A model generated the notes under the pieces. It ran no database searches. It saw only the letters and a list, made by a program, of their open reading frames with translations, and was not told the origin of the DNA. A stretch of 64,000 bases of DNA from NCBI RefSeq assembly GCF_006345805.1, contig NC_043007.1:58218001-58282000 (forward strand), written 5' to 3'. The translations under genes were made by a program, and so were the position numbers. The DNA is from Octopus sinensis (lineage: Eukaryota). This document shows, piece after piece, positions 63,990 to 64,000 of the stretch. Positions within the stretch are counted from its first letter, which is position 1. Each line of letters starts with the position of its first letter.

Positions 63990-64000
63990 TTCTCTTTCTC

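Overview
AT-rich eukaryotic intergenic or intronic DNA, saturated with microsatellites ((TA)n, (CA)n, (GATA)n, (TATG)n, (TAA)n, (GTA)n) and transposon debris. The SINE families and repeat landscape look like an octopus/cephalopod genome (inference from recognition, not a database match). No host protein-coding gene, tRNA, rRNA or CRISPR array is supported; most ORFs in the track are microsatellite translations. Identifiable elements: Tc1/mariner DNA transposons (a full-length DD37D/maT copy with both TIRs, a deleted DD34D mariner, a head-to-head double-5' mariner, two 198-bp MITE-like derivatives), a Chapaev3-like transposase remnant, several Penelope-like (PLE) RT and GIY-YIG remnants, R4/Dong-type RT/RLE LINE remnants, RTE 3' ends (one with three C2H2 fingers), a near-intact CR1/L2-group LINE ORF2, about 20 tRNA-derived SINE copies from several modular families, and several long palindromes. 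The main signal is a set of type I hammerhead ribozyme motifs with palindromic stem III. The best one (29926-30031, minus) lies in a 485-bp-period unit with identical 116-bp terminal direct repeats and many hairpins, inserted in (TA)n, and looks like a young retrozyme-like (circular-RNA-derived) non-autonomous retroelement. A second, unrelated unit with a 487-bp period and a hammerhead lies at 7.2-7.7 kb. The CR1/L2-type LINE also shares its 3' tail, with a covarying stem-loop, with the dominant SINE. Coordinates were counted by hand; boundaries of decayed elements are approximate.
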